A stretch of 64,000 bases of DNA. It comes from Trueperaceae bacterium (GTDB lineage: Bacteria > Deinococcota > Deinococci > Deinococcales > Trueperaceae). The position numbers were made by a program, and so were the translations under genes. The notes below the pieces were generated by a model. It made no database searches. It was not told where the DNA came from and was given only the letters and a program-made list of their open reading frames with translations. Shown here in pieces: positions 40,435 through 50,725 of the stretch. The stretch is taken from contig OZ243913.1 of the NCBI GenBank assembly GCA_965213705.1, positions 3,424,001-3,488,000 of the forward strand. Direction: 5' to 3'. Positions within the stretch are counted from its first letter, which is position 1, and each line of letters opens with the position of its first letter.

Positions 40435-42188
40435 GCCTTGCTCGCTGAAAAGAGCGTGGGTTGAGCAGATTCGGGTTCGTTTTCCAAGTCTGGCTCGGCG
40501 AGCACCTCCGGTTCCGGTGGGGGCGCGGGCTCCAAGTTTTCGACCTGCAAGCTGTAGTCGTCCTTGCCGAACTCGCAGCGGCCCAACACCGCGTTGGGAA
40601 TCTTCTTGAGCGTCAGGTTGTCAAAAGCGTTCGCGCTCGCCCGGAAGGCCGCGCAACAAATCAGCAGTGAGCGCCCCGGTCCAACCTCGTCGCTGAGCTG
40701 CGCCAATTGCTCGCGGGACAGCGTCTGCGTGGTCACGTAGATAAAATCCTGCTCGGTGGACTTGCCGTGCTGCCAGTACACCGTTTCGGACGGCGCGTAG
40801 CGAAAGCCCTCGTGCTTGCACATTGCCTCGGCCAGCATTTCGGCGTTGTATTCGCGGCTGATGATCCAGTTGCCCCACTTGTCCTTTTCGAGCAGCGACG
40901 GCGCGAGTTTGTAGTAACGAAAGCCGCCGCCGCCTTTCCACTTGACATCTTTGGTGACTCCACCCTCGTCAGTACCATCAACTACTTGCTTGAGACGCGG
41001 AACGATGTGAGTATGGGCATGTTCGCCAAGCTCAACCATAATCCAACGGCGACCCATCTTTTGAGCCACTGCGCCTGTTGTACCCGAACCAGCAAAAGAA
41101 TCAATAATTATGTCTCCTTCATTGGATGCCAAATAAAGGATGCGTTCAATAAGCTTTTCTGGCTTTGGGGTAGTAAATGGATCACCGGGATTAAATTTCT
41201 TAACCTCTTGCGCTGCAATTCGGTTTTCTCCAACTTCGCTGTAATGCCAAGTTGTCATCGCTACAACACCGTTGTCTTGAAGTTCTGATAAGAAACGCTT
41301 TATGGTTGGCTTGCTACTTCCATTTTTACCAAAGTGGATTCTGTTGTCCAGAATCAAGTCGTCATATGATGACTTGATGTAGGACCATGCTCTACCTTTT
41401 GCTGGCAGAACCTTTCTTCCCGAAGGTGTCACTATCTCGTAAATATTGACGCTTTCACCCGTACGTGAATATTGTTTACCTCGTTGTCCAGAGGCCAAGC
41501 TCAAAGTGAAGTTGTCTGGATACCAGGGACCTCGGCCGTACCAGTTTCCGTCTTTGTCGATCCCATCAAACTCATCTGAATGTTTGTATGTTGAGTTTTG
41601 CTTTGCTGTTCGGGGTAATCTTTTGGGTCGCCAAACTTCTTTGTTTTTTGCATACACCAAAATATGATCATGGCTGTCAGATAACCAAGTGGCGTTACTT
41701 TGAGGTGATGACTTTTTCTGCCAAACGACGTTTGACACAAAATTGCTACGACCAAATACTTCGTCACAAAGAACCTTAAGATAGTGTGCCTCGTTATCGT
41801 CGATACTTATCCAGATAGAACCGTCATTGGATAACCAGATAGAACCGTCATTGGATAAAAGGTGTCTCAGAAGCTCCAACCGCGGTCTTATCAAAGATAG
41901 CCATAAAGAATGCTCTACACCATCGTCATACTGAGCAAATGCCGACCCCGTGTTATAAGGCGGGTCAATAAATACGCACTTAACCTTACCCGTAAAATCC
42001 TGTTCCAACGCCTTGAGCGCCAGCAGATTGTCCCCGTGAATCAACATATTGTCGAAGATGTCGTCTTCACTCACGCGGTGTTTGGCGTGGTAGCTCTTGT
42101 CGGGGTCGTGCAGCAGGATGCGGGGCTCTAGCTGCGGGCGTTTTTCCTTGCCAATCCAGGTGAGTTCCAGTTTAGTTCTTTTGCTCAT
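40431..42188 (-). CDS. mod: Type III DNA adenine methyltransferase Mod
   Basis: MSKRTKLELTWIGK start; GDNL, IDPPYNTG, TPKPE and DSFAGSGTT; overlaps the res start. Confidence 0.9.
   Translation of the reverse strand: MSKRTKLELTWIGKEKRPQLEPRILLHDPDKSYHAKHRVSEDDIFDNMLIHGDNLLALKALEQDFTGKVKCVFIDPPYNTGSAFAQYDDGVEHSLWLSLIRPRLELLRHLLSNDGSIWLSNDGSIWISIDDNEAHYLKVLCDEVFGRSNFVSNVVWQKKSSPQSNATWLSDSHDHILVYAKNKEVWRPKRLPRTAKQNSTYKHSDEFDGIDKDGNWYGRGPWYPDNFTLSLASGQRGKQYSRTGESVNIYEIVTPSGRKVLPAKGRAWSYIKSSYDDLILDNRIHFGKNGSSKPTIKRFLSELQDNGVVAMTTWHYSEVGENRIAAQEVKKFNPGDPFTTPKPEKLIERILYLASNEGDIIIDSFAGSGTTGAVAQKMGRRWIMVELGEHAHTHIVPRLKQVVDGTDEGGVTKDVKWKGGGGFRYYKLAPSLLEKDKWGNWIISREYNAEMLAEAMCKHEGFRYAPSETVYWQHGKSTEQDFIYVTTQTLSREQLAQLSDEVGPGRSLLICCAAFRASANAFDNLTLKKIPNAVLGRCEFGKDDYSLQVENLEPAPPPEPEVLAEPDLENEPESAQPTLFSASKA
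41811..41858. repeat. Exact 24-bp tandem duplication inside mod (LSNDGSIW x2)
   Basis: CCAGATAGAACCGTCATTGGATAA twice. Confidence 0.95.
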
Positions 42189-43514
42189 GTCTCCCTTAAT
42201 TCTTGTGTACGGTCGTCGGCGCTTTGCAACGGCAGCGATGAGTTTCCGTTTTGCTATCGTATTTTGGCAGATTGCCACAGCTCTGACAAACAAGCAAACG
42301 GGCCAAACTCACCGTTCTTGTGCCGAAGTCTTCCACGTCGTCATCCGACACGCTGGCATTGTTTGGGTTGAAATGCGCGCCAACCTGGTTGCGAATGAAA
42401 GCGAGTTCTTTTATGGCCTCGAAATATTCTTTGAGAGCCACGCGCTCAACGGTGCCGTCCGGCTGAGGCCGCTCAATTTCAGCCTTGCTTGCGAAGCTAG
42501 CGGTGGAACTTAGCAACTCGCCTAGCGTGTAGTCGTTGTTGGGTTTTCTCTCCAGCTTCAATCTATGGTCTATCGTCAAATGGTCGAGAAGGGCTTCCAA
42601 AAGTATCCCGGCTTTGGCTGCGACCACTTGGCGGTCAAAAGGTAGACTTTGCAAAGCTTGCTCGAGTTCTTCCACAGCAGGTTTACTCTTGCTCGTAGTA
42701 ATGCCACGGTTGAGCGACCACTTGTTTAGTTGAATCAGGTCGATACCCGCAGAAATTTTTGACTGTCGGTGGTAATCGAGCCACACGCGGTTGTGAGTGG
42801 TAATGATAATTTGACCGAAACGCTCGCTTTCCTCTTCGATAAGCTCGAGAATTCGCCGCAGGTGCGGCGCGTCCACGGAGGTAAACACGTCGTCCAGAAT
42901 GATGATTGCGTTGCCGCCGGTAGCGCGGTGGGCGATGGCGAGCCAAAAGCAGAACCCGAGCGTGTCAAGGTGGGATTCGCTGAAATAGGCTTGGGGAGGT
43001 ATGTCGGTGTACGTCCCGAAGGTCGCCGACTGTTTTAACGAAGCGCGTCTTTCCTCGTAAAGGGCAAGGCCGGAAAACTCGACCGGCTCGCCCGGGTGAA
43101 TCGCGTTGTAGAGGCGTTTGCACTCGTCGGCCACAGCGTCCAGAATGGCTTGGGTGAAGGCGTGCCGTTTCGCCCTGACGAGGGCGTGAGTTTTCTCCAG
43201 ATGCTTGAGAATGATGTCATTCTCGACGACTTCTTGCTCGTTTTCCTGAATCTTGTTCCAGTTGACGCTTAAGGCGTTGTAAAGGTGCAAGTGCTGAGAT
43301 TTGCTTTCCACGAGTGCAGAGAGTTCGTTGCAGCAAGAGCGAATATGTTGGGCGTATGAGGCGGCTTGGTTCAGTGTTGCCGGGATGCCGTCTTCGCTTG
43401 CTCGGACGGAGTTTACAAAAATCAGGTGCGGTCGTAGCGTCGTCGCAACTGTTCTTGCCAATAGGTCGGCGACTTGCTGAGCGCTCTCGAGAAGGTTGTG
43501 TTGGGCGCGCTCTA

Positions 43515-44368
43515 GAGGGTGTTATGAACTCAATCGCTAAACTAAAGAATGACAAGGAAAGGTTATCCGAGTGATGTCGGCGATGAAGAATGGGCTTTTG
43601 TAGCACCGTACTTGAGCTTAATCAGAGAAGACGCCCCACAACGAAGTTATGACCTACGAGAGGTGTTTGATGCTTTGAGATGGATGGTTCGCTCAGGCTC
43701 ACCTTGGCGCTATTTACCTGGTGACTTCCCACCTTGGGAAGCGGTATATCAGCAAAGCCAAAGGTGGTTAAAAGCAGGCGTGTTCGAGGAGATGACCCAC
43801 GACCTACGAAGCCTGCTGAGACGGCTGAAAGGACGAGGAGAAAACCCAACAGCGACGGTGTTTGATGGACGCACCTTACAAAGTACGCCTGAGAGTGGCG
43901 AACGTGCGGGCTATGACGGACACAAGCGTAAGAAAGGCTCTAAAGTCCATCTGGCAGTCGATACCTTGGGTCTACTCTTAGCCCTTGTCGTTACACCTGC
44001 AAACGAACAAGAACGCCATCAGGTTGAAGCGCTTGCCGAGCAAGTTCAAACCATAACTGGAGAATCCGTCGAGGTTGCGTTTGTAGACCAGGGCTACACA
44101 GGTGACGACGCAGCCGAGGCGGCTAAAAGCCAAGGCATTCGGCTCTTCGTTGTTAAACACGAAGAAGCTAAGAAAGGCTTCGTTTTGCTACCCAGACGCT
44201 GGGTCGTAGAGCGTTCCTTTGCCTGGACATCCCGACTCAGGCGCTTAGCCCGTGACTATGAACGACTGCCTGAAACCCTTGCTGGGCTGCATTTCTTAGC
44301 TTTCTCTATGCTCATGCTTAAACGCTTAGCCCCTTTTTTAACTCTTCCGGCTAGTTCATAACACGCTC
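43515..44368 (+). mobile_element. Intact IS5-family (IS1031-like) element
   Basis: 16-bp TIRs GAGGGTGTTATGAACT / AGTTCATAACACGCTC, flanked by TA on both sides. Confidence 0.95.
43549..44361 (+). CDS. IS5-family transposase
   Basis: YPSD, VDTLG, VDQGY and [11 protein letters not shown] motifs. Confidence 0.95.
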   Translation: MTRKGYPSDVGDEEWAFVAPYLSLIREDAPQRSYDLREVFDALRWMVRSGSPWRYLPGDFPPWEAVYQQSQRWLKAGVFEEMTHDLRSLLRRLKGRGENPTATVFDGRTLQSTPESGERAGYDGHKRKKGSKVHLAVDTLGLLLALVVTPANEQERHQVEALAEQVQTITGESVEVAFVDQGYTGDDAAEAAKSQGIRLFVVKHEEAKKGFVLLPRRWVVERSFAWTSRLRRLARDYERLPETLAGLHFLAFSMLMLKRLAPFLTLPASS

Positions 44369-45347
44369 TAAGCTGGTGCGGGCGTGGTCCCGGGTGCGTT
44401 CCGCAGCAGTAAAGTCGTCGCTTAACCGCTGCGACTCCTCCATTTGCCTTAGGCGCTCATCAATCTCGCGGCGCAAACCATCGGCACTGACGGACTGGTC
44501 ACAAATTGAGCAGGTGTCAAACTCCCTGGGCAAGGCGATGAACGCCTTGACCTGATTTAACAACCGGGTTAACTCGAGGGAAGCATCCTCGCCGGTTGCA
44601 GCGAGCTGTGCGAGCGCCGACTCCAACTCCTTGACCCGCATTTCGCCTTGGTGAAGGTTTTCTCGGGCTATTGTTACGGCGTCTTCTGCCACCCCAAGCT
44701 CTGTGAACGCGGCTTTTAGCACGTTGAGCCGCTCGAGCTCGAGCTTCAAAACCGAGGTGTCGGCGCTCGCCCGTTCCTGCGCCCAAGCCCTTGCGTTCGC
44801 TCCAGGACTGCCCTCGGCTTGCCACAACCTGTCTAGGCTTTCTTCGGCCCCTTGTTTGACGCGGATAGCTTCAGCGAGCCTGTCATTGGCGCTCCGAGCC
44901 GCCCTTGCAAGTGTAGCTTCGCACCGCTCTATTGCGGCTACATTGATAAAGCGGCTTATTTCTTTGTACCGGTCGGCAGGTCGCGCCTCGACAAGGCGCA
45001 AAAGCTGGCTCCGCCGCAGAATAAGGGCCGCAGGCGGGGTACCGGGTCCGGTGGCGACAGGCCTAGTACGGTTAAGCGTGCCGGTCCAGGTATCCTTGTC
45101 GAACCTTATCTCAATGTTGACGTCGCCGTAATCTTTTCCGAGGGCGGGTAAGTGGCTGCGATTGCTCGAGCCGCGCTCGTCGAGCGAACCTGCCTGTTGG
45201 TTGCAAATCATGTCGATGGCATCGATGATGCTCGATTTGCCCGTGCCGTTCTCGCCGAACAACATGACAACCGGTTTCTTATCAAAATTGATTTCTGAAC
45301 GAGTGGTGGCTCCACGAAAGGCTTCTAAGTGAATACTGCGAATGCGT

Positions 45348-45530
45348 TTATTCACTGCCAACCTCATCAAGGGCGAGTTCGGCGTAAAGCCGCCAATCTT
45401 CTTCTTTGAGCCTTCCGGCTGCAAGTTGCTCGCGAAATTCGTCTACCCTACCTTCCGAAATGAGGTTATTCTCCTTCAAGGCTGAGGCTATAATTTCGGC
45501 TAGCGCGTCGGCTGGATTTTGTTCGGGCAC
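45348..45530 (-). CDS. 60-aa acidic helical protein coupled to the ATPase
   Basis: GGGGAG RBS; stop overlaps the ATPase GTG. Confidence 0.65.
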   Translation of the reverse strand: MPEQNPADALAEIIASALKENNLISEGRVDEFREQLAAGRLKEEDWRLYAELALDEVGSE

Positions 45531-45539
45531 ATTCTCCCC

Positions 45540-48365
45540 TTAAGACACAATCCATCTAACTAGAAAGAGTGATTCTACCTTATGCTCGAGCTGTAGTTGC
45601 CGCTCTAGCTGTGAAATTAGAGAATCGCGTTGCTGCTCGACCTCGTCCTGGGCGTTATATAGTTCGCGGCGCTTGCGGTTACGGCTTTGCTCCAAACTAC
45701 GCAGCGTCTTCTGCGCTTCAAGTTTCTCGGCAAGGGTGACGACTGCCTTCGCATGCTTCTTTGCTTCTCTAATTTGCCGGTCTATGTCTTTGATTTCCTG
45801 CTCGAGGCCGAACTTTAAGTCTTCGGCCCAGCGGTCGAGTTTGGTTTCTTCCTCTTCGAAATAACTTGCGTTGCGAGCATTAACCTCGGCGAGGCAGCGT
45901 TGGAACTCAGCAGCACGCACGTCGGCGAGTTGAATGGGGGCTTTGGTGAGTGAAACCTGCGTCTCCGAGGCAGCTACACTGAAAAGGCGCTGACACTGTT
46001 CTTGGTCGAGTGGCTGACCCGCATCGGTAAGGGCTGCAAAAACGAGAAACTCCTCCGCCTGAACTGAATTCACAGTGAGCTTACTCAGCTCTAGCCAACC
46101 GCTCTGCTCGACCAACGACTCGAGAATGGCAATGCGGGTGGGGTGGGCGGAGTATGCGAAGGTTAGATCTGCCGTTCCGAGCGGTCTGTTGAGTGCCTGG
46201 GCCACGATTTTCTGTGCCAGGGGATGCTCCAGCCGGTAGAACACGGCGTTCATCGCCTCAGCCGTTTTCCAGTCAAAGTGATAAGTTGCGTGCTGCGGGG
46301 AATCGTAGGTAAATGCAGGCGTGTTTGGAACGAATGCGGCCTGACCTTTGAGTTCATTTCTGGTAAGTTCTAAAAGCCAGCGTTGGCGCTCGGATAAGGT
46401 TGCCTGTGCCTTATCCTTATGAATTTTGAGGCGATCGTGAACCTCTTCATCAAAGTGTTCAAACAGAACCTGTCGAGTTTGGTCCATACGGGTTTGAATC
46501 GTTTCTTCAAGTTCACTTTGAAGCGTATCGAACGCGGCTTGGATCTCACCTGCCGTACGACAGGTTTGATAGGCGCTAGCTATCCGTTTTTCTAGGTCGA
46601 CTCCAGATTCAAGCGCACCCAGCACTTCATCACTTGCCCCGAACACACCATCAAACAGTTTGAATTTTTCGGAAAGAAGCTCGAACACCCGCTGGTCGGC
46701 GGCGTTACGTCTATTAAGGAAGTTAACCACCACCACGTCGTGTTGTTGCCCGTAGCGGTGACAGCGTCCGATGCGCTGCTCAATGCGCTGTGGGTTCCAG
46801 GGTAGGTCATAGTTCACCACAAGCGAACAGAACTGAAGGTTGACACCTTCCGCCGCCGACTCGGTTGCGATGAGGAGAGTAGCGCGATCACGGAACTCTT
46901 CTACGATTGCGGCCTTCATATCAGCAGAACGTGACCCTGACAATTGGGCCGAGTTCTGGTGCCGCTCTGCATACGACTCGTAGATTTGTTTCGAGGTGAG
47001 ATCGTTGTTTGAGCCGTTCATAAGGACGATCTCACCTTGGTAGCCATGCTCGCTAAGGTAGTTGAACAGGTACTGCTGGGTGCGTCGTGACTCCGTGAAA
47101 ATGACGGCCTTGCGAGAAGCGCCGAGTACTCGGATTCGTTCAAACGCCGTACCTAAGACTTCCAAAAGTGCTGCTCCCTTAGCATTATGGCTGATCTTTT
47201 CGGCAAGCTCAGCGTAACGTTTTAGGTTTGAAAGCTCGTTTTGAAGCAACTCTCGCTCGGGCGGGCTCATTGGCTCGGGCGACTCGTCCCATTCCTCCAG
47301 AAGTTCATCAAGGGCTTCAAAATCGTCATCAAGCGCATCCTGCAGGCGCTGCTGCTCCCCTTCTTTCGTTTCCAACCGAGTGACGAGCCGGCGCAGTGTA
47401 CCCGCAATAGCATAGGTGGATGACGCCAAAAGTTTCCTCAGCACGAGGGTCATGAGCTGGCGCTGGCTGGCAGGAAGCGCAATTAGAACGTCCTTTTGCA
47501 AATAATCAGATACAAGTTGGTAAAGCGTATGCTCCTCATCAGTGGGCAAAAAATTTTGCGTAATTGAAGTGCGCTGCGTGAAACGCACGTATTCGAGCAC
47601 CTGCTGGCGCAGCGTGCGCCGACAGATTGGCTCAAGCCGCGCCTTAAGCACTGCATTACGCTTTCGTTCGTTATCAACTCGTACAAACTGTTCCCGGAAA
47701 GAGGTGATGTCTCCGAATACATGCGGGTCAATGACGCTCACTAAACCGTAGAGCTCGAGCAGTGAATTTTGTAAGGGCGTGGCGGTGAGCAACAATTTGT
47801 TGGCGTGGGAGGTCGCTTCCGCAATCGCCTTGGCGAGCTTGTTGTCTGACCTATAAACATTTCTCATGCGGTGAGCCTCGTCGATAACAACGAGATCCCA
47901 CTTTATCTTTTTTATTTCTGCCGCTTTCGCCTTGACAAAGTGGTAGGAGCAAATAACCACTTTGCCTTCTTGTTCGAACGGGTTATTCACACCTTCACGC
48001 TTACACTGGTTGAACGACTTGGCCTCCAGAATAACTGAGGGTAGTGCAAACTTATCAGCGAGTTCCTGCTGCCACTGTTTTCGCAACGTAGCCGGGAGCA
48101 CGAGTAGGATTGCGCGTTTGCGCTCGGCCCAGCGTTGGGCCAAGACTATACCTGCCTCGATTGTCTTGCCAAGGCCAACCTCGTCCGCCAAGATGACGCC
48201 CTTTGAGAAAGGTGAACGTGAGGCGAATAGGGCAGCATCAACTTGGTGGGGATTGAGATCAACTTTAGCGCTTGCAATAGAGCGGGACAACCCACTCATG
48301 GTGCCACGAGCACTCTGGAGCGTTAAGGCTTGTGCCCAGTAAAGACTGTGGTAGTGCGTGCTCAT
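45540..48365 (-). CDS. SNF2-family helicase
   Basis: ADEVGLGKT, DEAH, TATP, EGVNLQ and WNPQRIEQRIGR; C-terminal coiled coil. Confidence 0.9.
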   Translation of the reverse strand: MSTHYHSLYWAQALTLQSARGTMSGLSRSIASAKVDLNPHQVDAALFASRSPFSKGVILADEVGLGKTIEAGIVLAQRWAERKRAILLVLPATLRKQWQQELADKFALPSVILEAKSFNQCKREGVNNPFEQEGKVVICSYHFVKAKAAEIKKIKWDLVVIDEAHRMRNVYRSDNKLAKAIAEATSHANKLLLTATPLQNSLLELYGLVSVIDPHVFGDITSFREQFVRVDNERKRNAVLKARLEPICRRTLRQQVLEYVRFTQRTSITQNFLPTDEEHTLYQLVSDYLQKDVLIALPASQRQLMTLVLRKLLASSTYAIAGTLRRLVTRLETKEGEQQRLQDALDDDFEALDELLEEWDESPEPMSPPERELLQNELSNLKRYAELAEKISHNAKGAALLEVLGTAFERIRVLGASRKAVIFTESRRTQQYLFNYLSEHGYQGEIVLMNGSNNDLTSKQIYESYAERHQNSAQLSGSRSADMKAAIVEEFRDRATLLIATESAAEGVNLQFCSLVVNYDLPWNPQRIEQRIGRCHRYGQQHDVVVVNFLNRRNAADQRVFELLSEKFKLFDGVFGASDEVLGALESGVDLEKRIASAYQTCRTAGEIQAAFDTLQSELEETIQTRMDQTRQVLFEHFDEEVHDRLKIHKDKAQATLSERQRWLLELTRNELKGQAAFVPNTPAFTYDSPQHATYHFDWKTAEAMNAVFYRLEHPLAQKIVAQALNRPLGTADLTFAYSAHPTRIAILESLVEQSGWLELSKLTVNSVQAEEFLVFAALTDAGQPLDQEQCQRLFSVAASETQVSLTKAPIQLADVRAAEFQRCLAEVNARNASYFEEEETKLDRWAEDLKFGLEQEIKDIDRQIREAKKHAKAVVTLAEKLEAQKTLRSLEQSRNRKRRELYNAQDEVEQQRDSLISQLERQLQLEHKVESLFLVRWIVS

Positions 48366-50311
48366 CAATCCGCAGCTTCACCAAGGACCAACACGTCCTT
48401 CTCGACATACGCCCGAAAGTCGTCTACTGCTGTAAAGAACATATAACCCGCCTGATTTGCAGCTTCCTCAGTCTCTTGAGGCTCCCCTAACAAAAGTGTC
48501 ACCGGCTGGCTGAGGCCCTCCTGCAATCCGTTCGGCCAGGCGAGGTCAAGAACAGCCTTAAGGTTTCCCTGCTCATCAACTAGCTCGTACATGAACTCAC
48601 CCTCGGGCAACCCTTGCTCGGTTACCCAGGTATTGACATCCAGTAGTTGTTGTTCTTCCTCCTGGGTGTCCACATTGCCAGGAATGATTGTGATGGGCTC
48701 TCCCCGCACTGGTGCAACGTCGCGCTGCGGAACAGAGCCGTGATAAAGCTTATCCAGAAACGCGTTTGCCGCCTCGGCCAAAAGCTCTTTTCGAGCCGCC
48801 AGGAAGTCTGAATAGTTCTCAAGTCGCCACAGTTCACGATCCATCGGAATCCAGTGGGACTCGAGCACGCCAGGATGTTTGTTGGCATACTCGGCCAGAT
48901 ATTCCTCGGGTAGGCGGTCGGACACCTTCAGGTTGGTGTCTTGCGTCAGGAAGGTGAAGTTAGCGAGCGTGTTCACTTCGGCCCTGCCATAACCCTGCTT
49001 GTAGAGCTGCGCTTTGGGGAAGATGTGATGCACTTGCAGGTTGCTTAACCTGCCGAGTAGATGGTTGGTAAGCTCGACGCCCGTTTCCCAGTCGCGTGAG
49101 TGCCACACACGGGTCATCATGTAAAGCAGCGGGTAGAAGCGTGCGCCCATGCTCCAGCCCCCTAAGTCACTTGGGTTGACGCGTAGGTCGCCACGGTTGC
49201 GCCTTAGCCCCTCGATGAGTCGATCGAGTGCACCTTCGTTGTCCTCGATCAGGTTCAAATCCTTATTTAAGACGCTCTCGGTCGAGCCTGCATAACGGCC
49301 CCATAGGAAGGTGTGGACGTACCAGTAGAGGAGCCGGTCGCGCTCGGTAGCATCGCTCAGGTCGCCACCGCGCTGCTGCCAGTAGCGGACCAACAACGGA
49401 AACGAATAGCGGCTGCCCAAAACGCGGTCGTGGTCCAGCCCCAACCGTGAGGCGATCAGGTTGAGGAAGGTGTCAATCCCCTTCTCGGCGCGCTGCAGAC
49501 CTTCTTTGAAGGTTGGAGTATCCACATCCTTGAGGGCGGTGAACAGGGCTTCTCCAGTGAGGAGCGTGTTGATGTTGCGCAACAGCCAGTCGAGTTTGAA
49601 GTGGTACCCGGCACGGCCCCATTTCTCGAGCCTGACTTTCATCTCATCCCGAGCGTCAGGCCACTCGGCGCAAATCTTAGCTAGAGCGAGGTCGCCCTTG
49701 GAGAGCTTGGTGCCGCCGCTGTTTACCACATTGAAGATGTCGACCACTACGTCAACGGTCTTGTCTTCGCCGGTGACCTTCTCGATGTGCATATCTATGT
49801 CTTTGATACCGTGTACGTGGTTTACACGCTCAATGTAGGTGCTGAACTTGGGTTGCAGGTCTGGGTTGCCGTAGAGCCGCTGCATCACCCCCGCCATGCC
49901 CTCTTGCATAAGTGCTGTAACGCCCACCCACAGCGGGTTATCCTTCATCTTAAGCGGCGCGTAGAACTCGAAGTTCTCATCCTCTAAGTTGAAGTAGAGG
50001 CCAGTAAATACGTCAGGGTTACCATCGAAGAACTTGGGTGGCTTGCCCCGCATCACCCCATATAAGCTCGTCATGCGCTGCTGCCCATCCAGGATCAGTT
50101 CGACCGAACCGGGCGTAAGCTGCCCGTCACCTCTCGAGGGTGCGCCCTCGGTCTTGGTGACCCATACGAGCAGGCTGCCTACTGGATAGCGCTGGTAGAG
50201 GGAGTGCATCAGCTTGCGAACCTGGTCGCGGTTCCACACGTAGCCGCGCTGGAATTCAGGCAGCGCCATCGCGCCGAGGTCAATCTGGTTGAGGATGGTG
50301 CTGATGTGCAT
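48365..50311 (-). CDS. GmrSD-like (DUF262 plus DUF1524/HNH) modification-dependent nuclease
   Basis: PEFQRGYVW, DGQQR, FNVVNSGG and HHIFP...NFTFL; extra C-terminal DLAWP domain. Confidence 0.8.
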   Translation of the reverse strand: MHISTILNQIDLGAMALPEFQRGYVWNRDQVRKLMHSLYQRYPVGSLLVWVTKTEGAPSRGDGQLTPGSVELILDGQQRMTSLYGVMRGKPPKFFDGNPDVFTGLYFNLEDENFEFYAPLKMKDNPLWVGVTALMQEGMAGVMQRLYGNPDLQPKFSTYIERVNHVHGIKDIDMHIEKVTGEDKTVDVVVDIFNVVNSGGTKLSKGDLALAKICAEWPDARDEMKVRLEKWGRAGYHFKLDWLLRNINTLLTGEALFTALKDVDTPTFKEGLQRAEKGIDTFLNLIASRLGLDHDRVLGSRYSFPLLVRYWQQRGGDLSDATERDRLLYWYVHTFLWGRYAGSTESVLNKDLNLIEDNEGALDRLIEGLRRNRGDLRVNPSDLGGWSMGARFYPLLYMMTRVWHSRDWETGVELTNHLLGRLSNLQVHHIFPKAQLYKQGYGRAEVNTLANFTFLTQDTNLKVSDRLPEEYLAEYANKHPGVLESHWIPMDRELWRLENYSDFLAARKELLAEAANAFLDKLYHGSVPQRDVAPVRGEPITIIPGNVDTQEEEQQLLDVNTWVTEQGLPEGEFMYELVDEQGNLKAVLDLAWPNGLQEGLSQPVTLLLGEPQETEEAANQAGYMFFTAVDDFRAYVEKDVLVLGEAAD

Positions 50312-50497
50312 GTCGGCGACGACTCCTTAGCTGTTTTCCCGTTTAAGAGCCTAGTGTAACTCGCTTGGAGGCATGAAGGGGTTCACTTCCGGGTCGGATA
50401 GAGGTAGTTGAGGTGTCCAACAGGCTCCTTCCCTGCCAGGCTTGTTGGAGAACTTTCTGTACAAGGAGACAGAAAAGGCTGCTACCCTGAATACACT

Positions 50498-50725
50498 TTG
50501 CTGCCCTCCCACGTCATCAGCACCATCCTGAAGCACGACTCAAAACAGACGAGCTACAAAATCGCCCTGCTCAGAGCCATCAACGATGTCGTGCTGTCTT
50601 ACCCAGACCTCCGGCACGAACATAAAGACGTAGCTGTGCCACTGAGGTTGCTAGCAGATACTGGCTCGCCTACTACTGGCCCTTTGCCAATCCTGCCGCT
50701 TCTATCCTGCAAGGGGCCAGATCCT
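50498..50725 (+). pseudogene. N-terminal fragment of a probable HNH nuclease
   Basis: KQTSYKIALLRAIND...WLAYYWP; frameshifted and cut by IS701. Confidence 0.45.

Larger units (their letters stand above)
42196..45355 (-). pseudogene. Rad50/SMC-like ABC ATPase with Zn-hook and C-terminal HEPN-like domain, interrupted by IS5
   Basis: GENGTGKS, CSIC, FSESH, ILDDVFTSVD, TTH and RNQVGAH; removing the IS plus one TA restores a single 767-aa frame. Confidence 0.8.

Noticed and set aside
37714..50311. DISARM or BREX assignment for the SNF2/MTase cluster
   Set aside because: No DrmA/DrmB (DUF1998), PglZ or BrxC-type genes; the MTase and helicase form a type III Mod/Res pair
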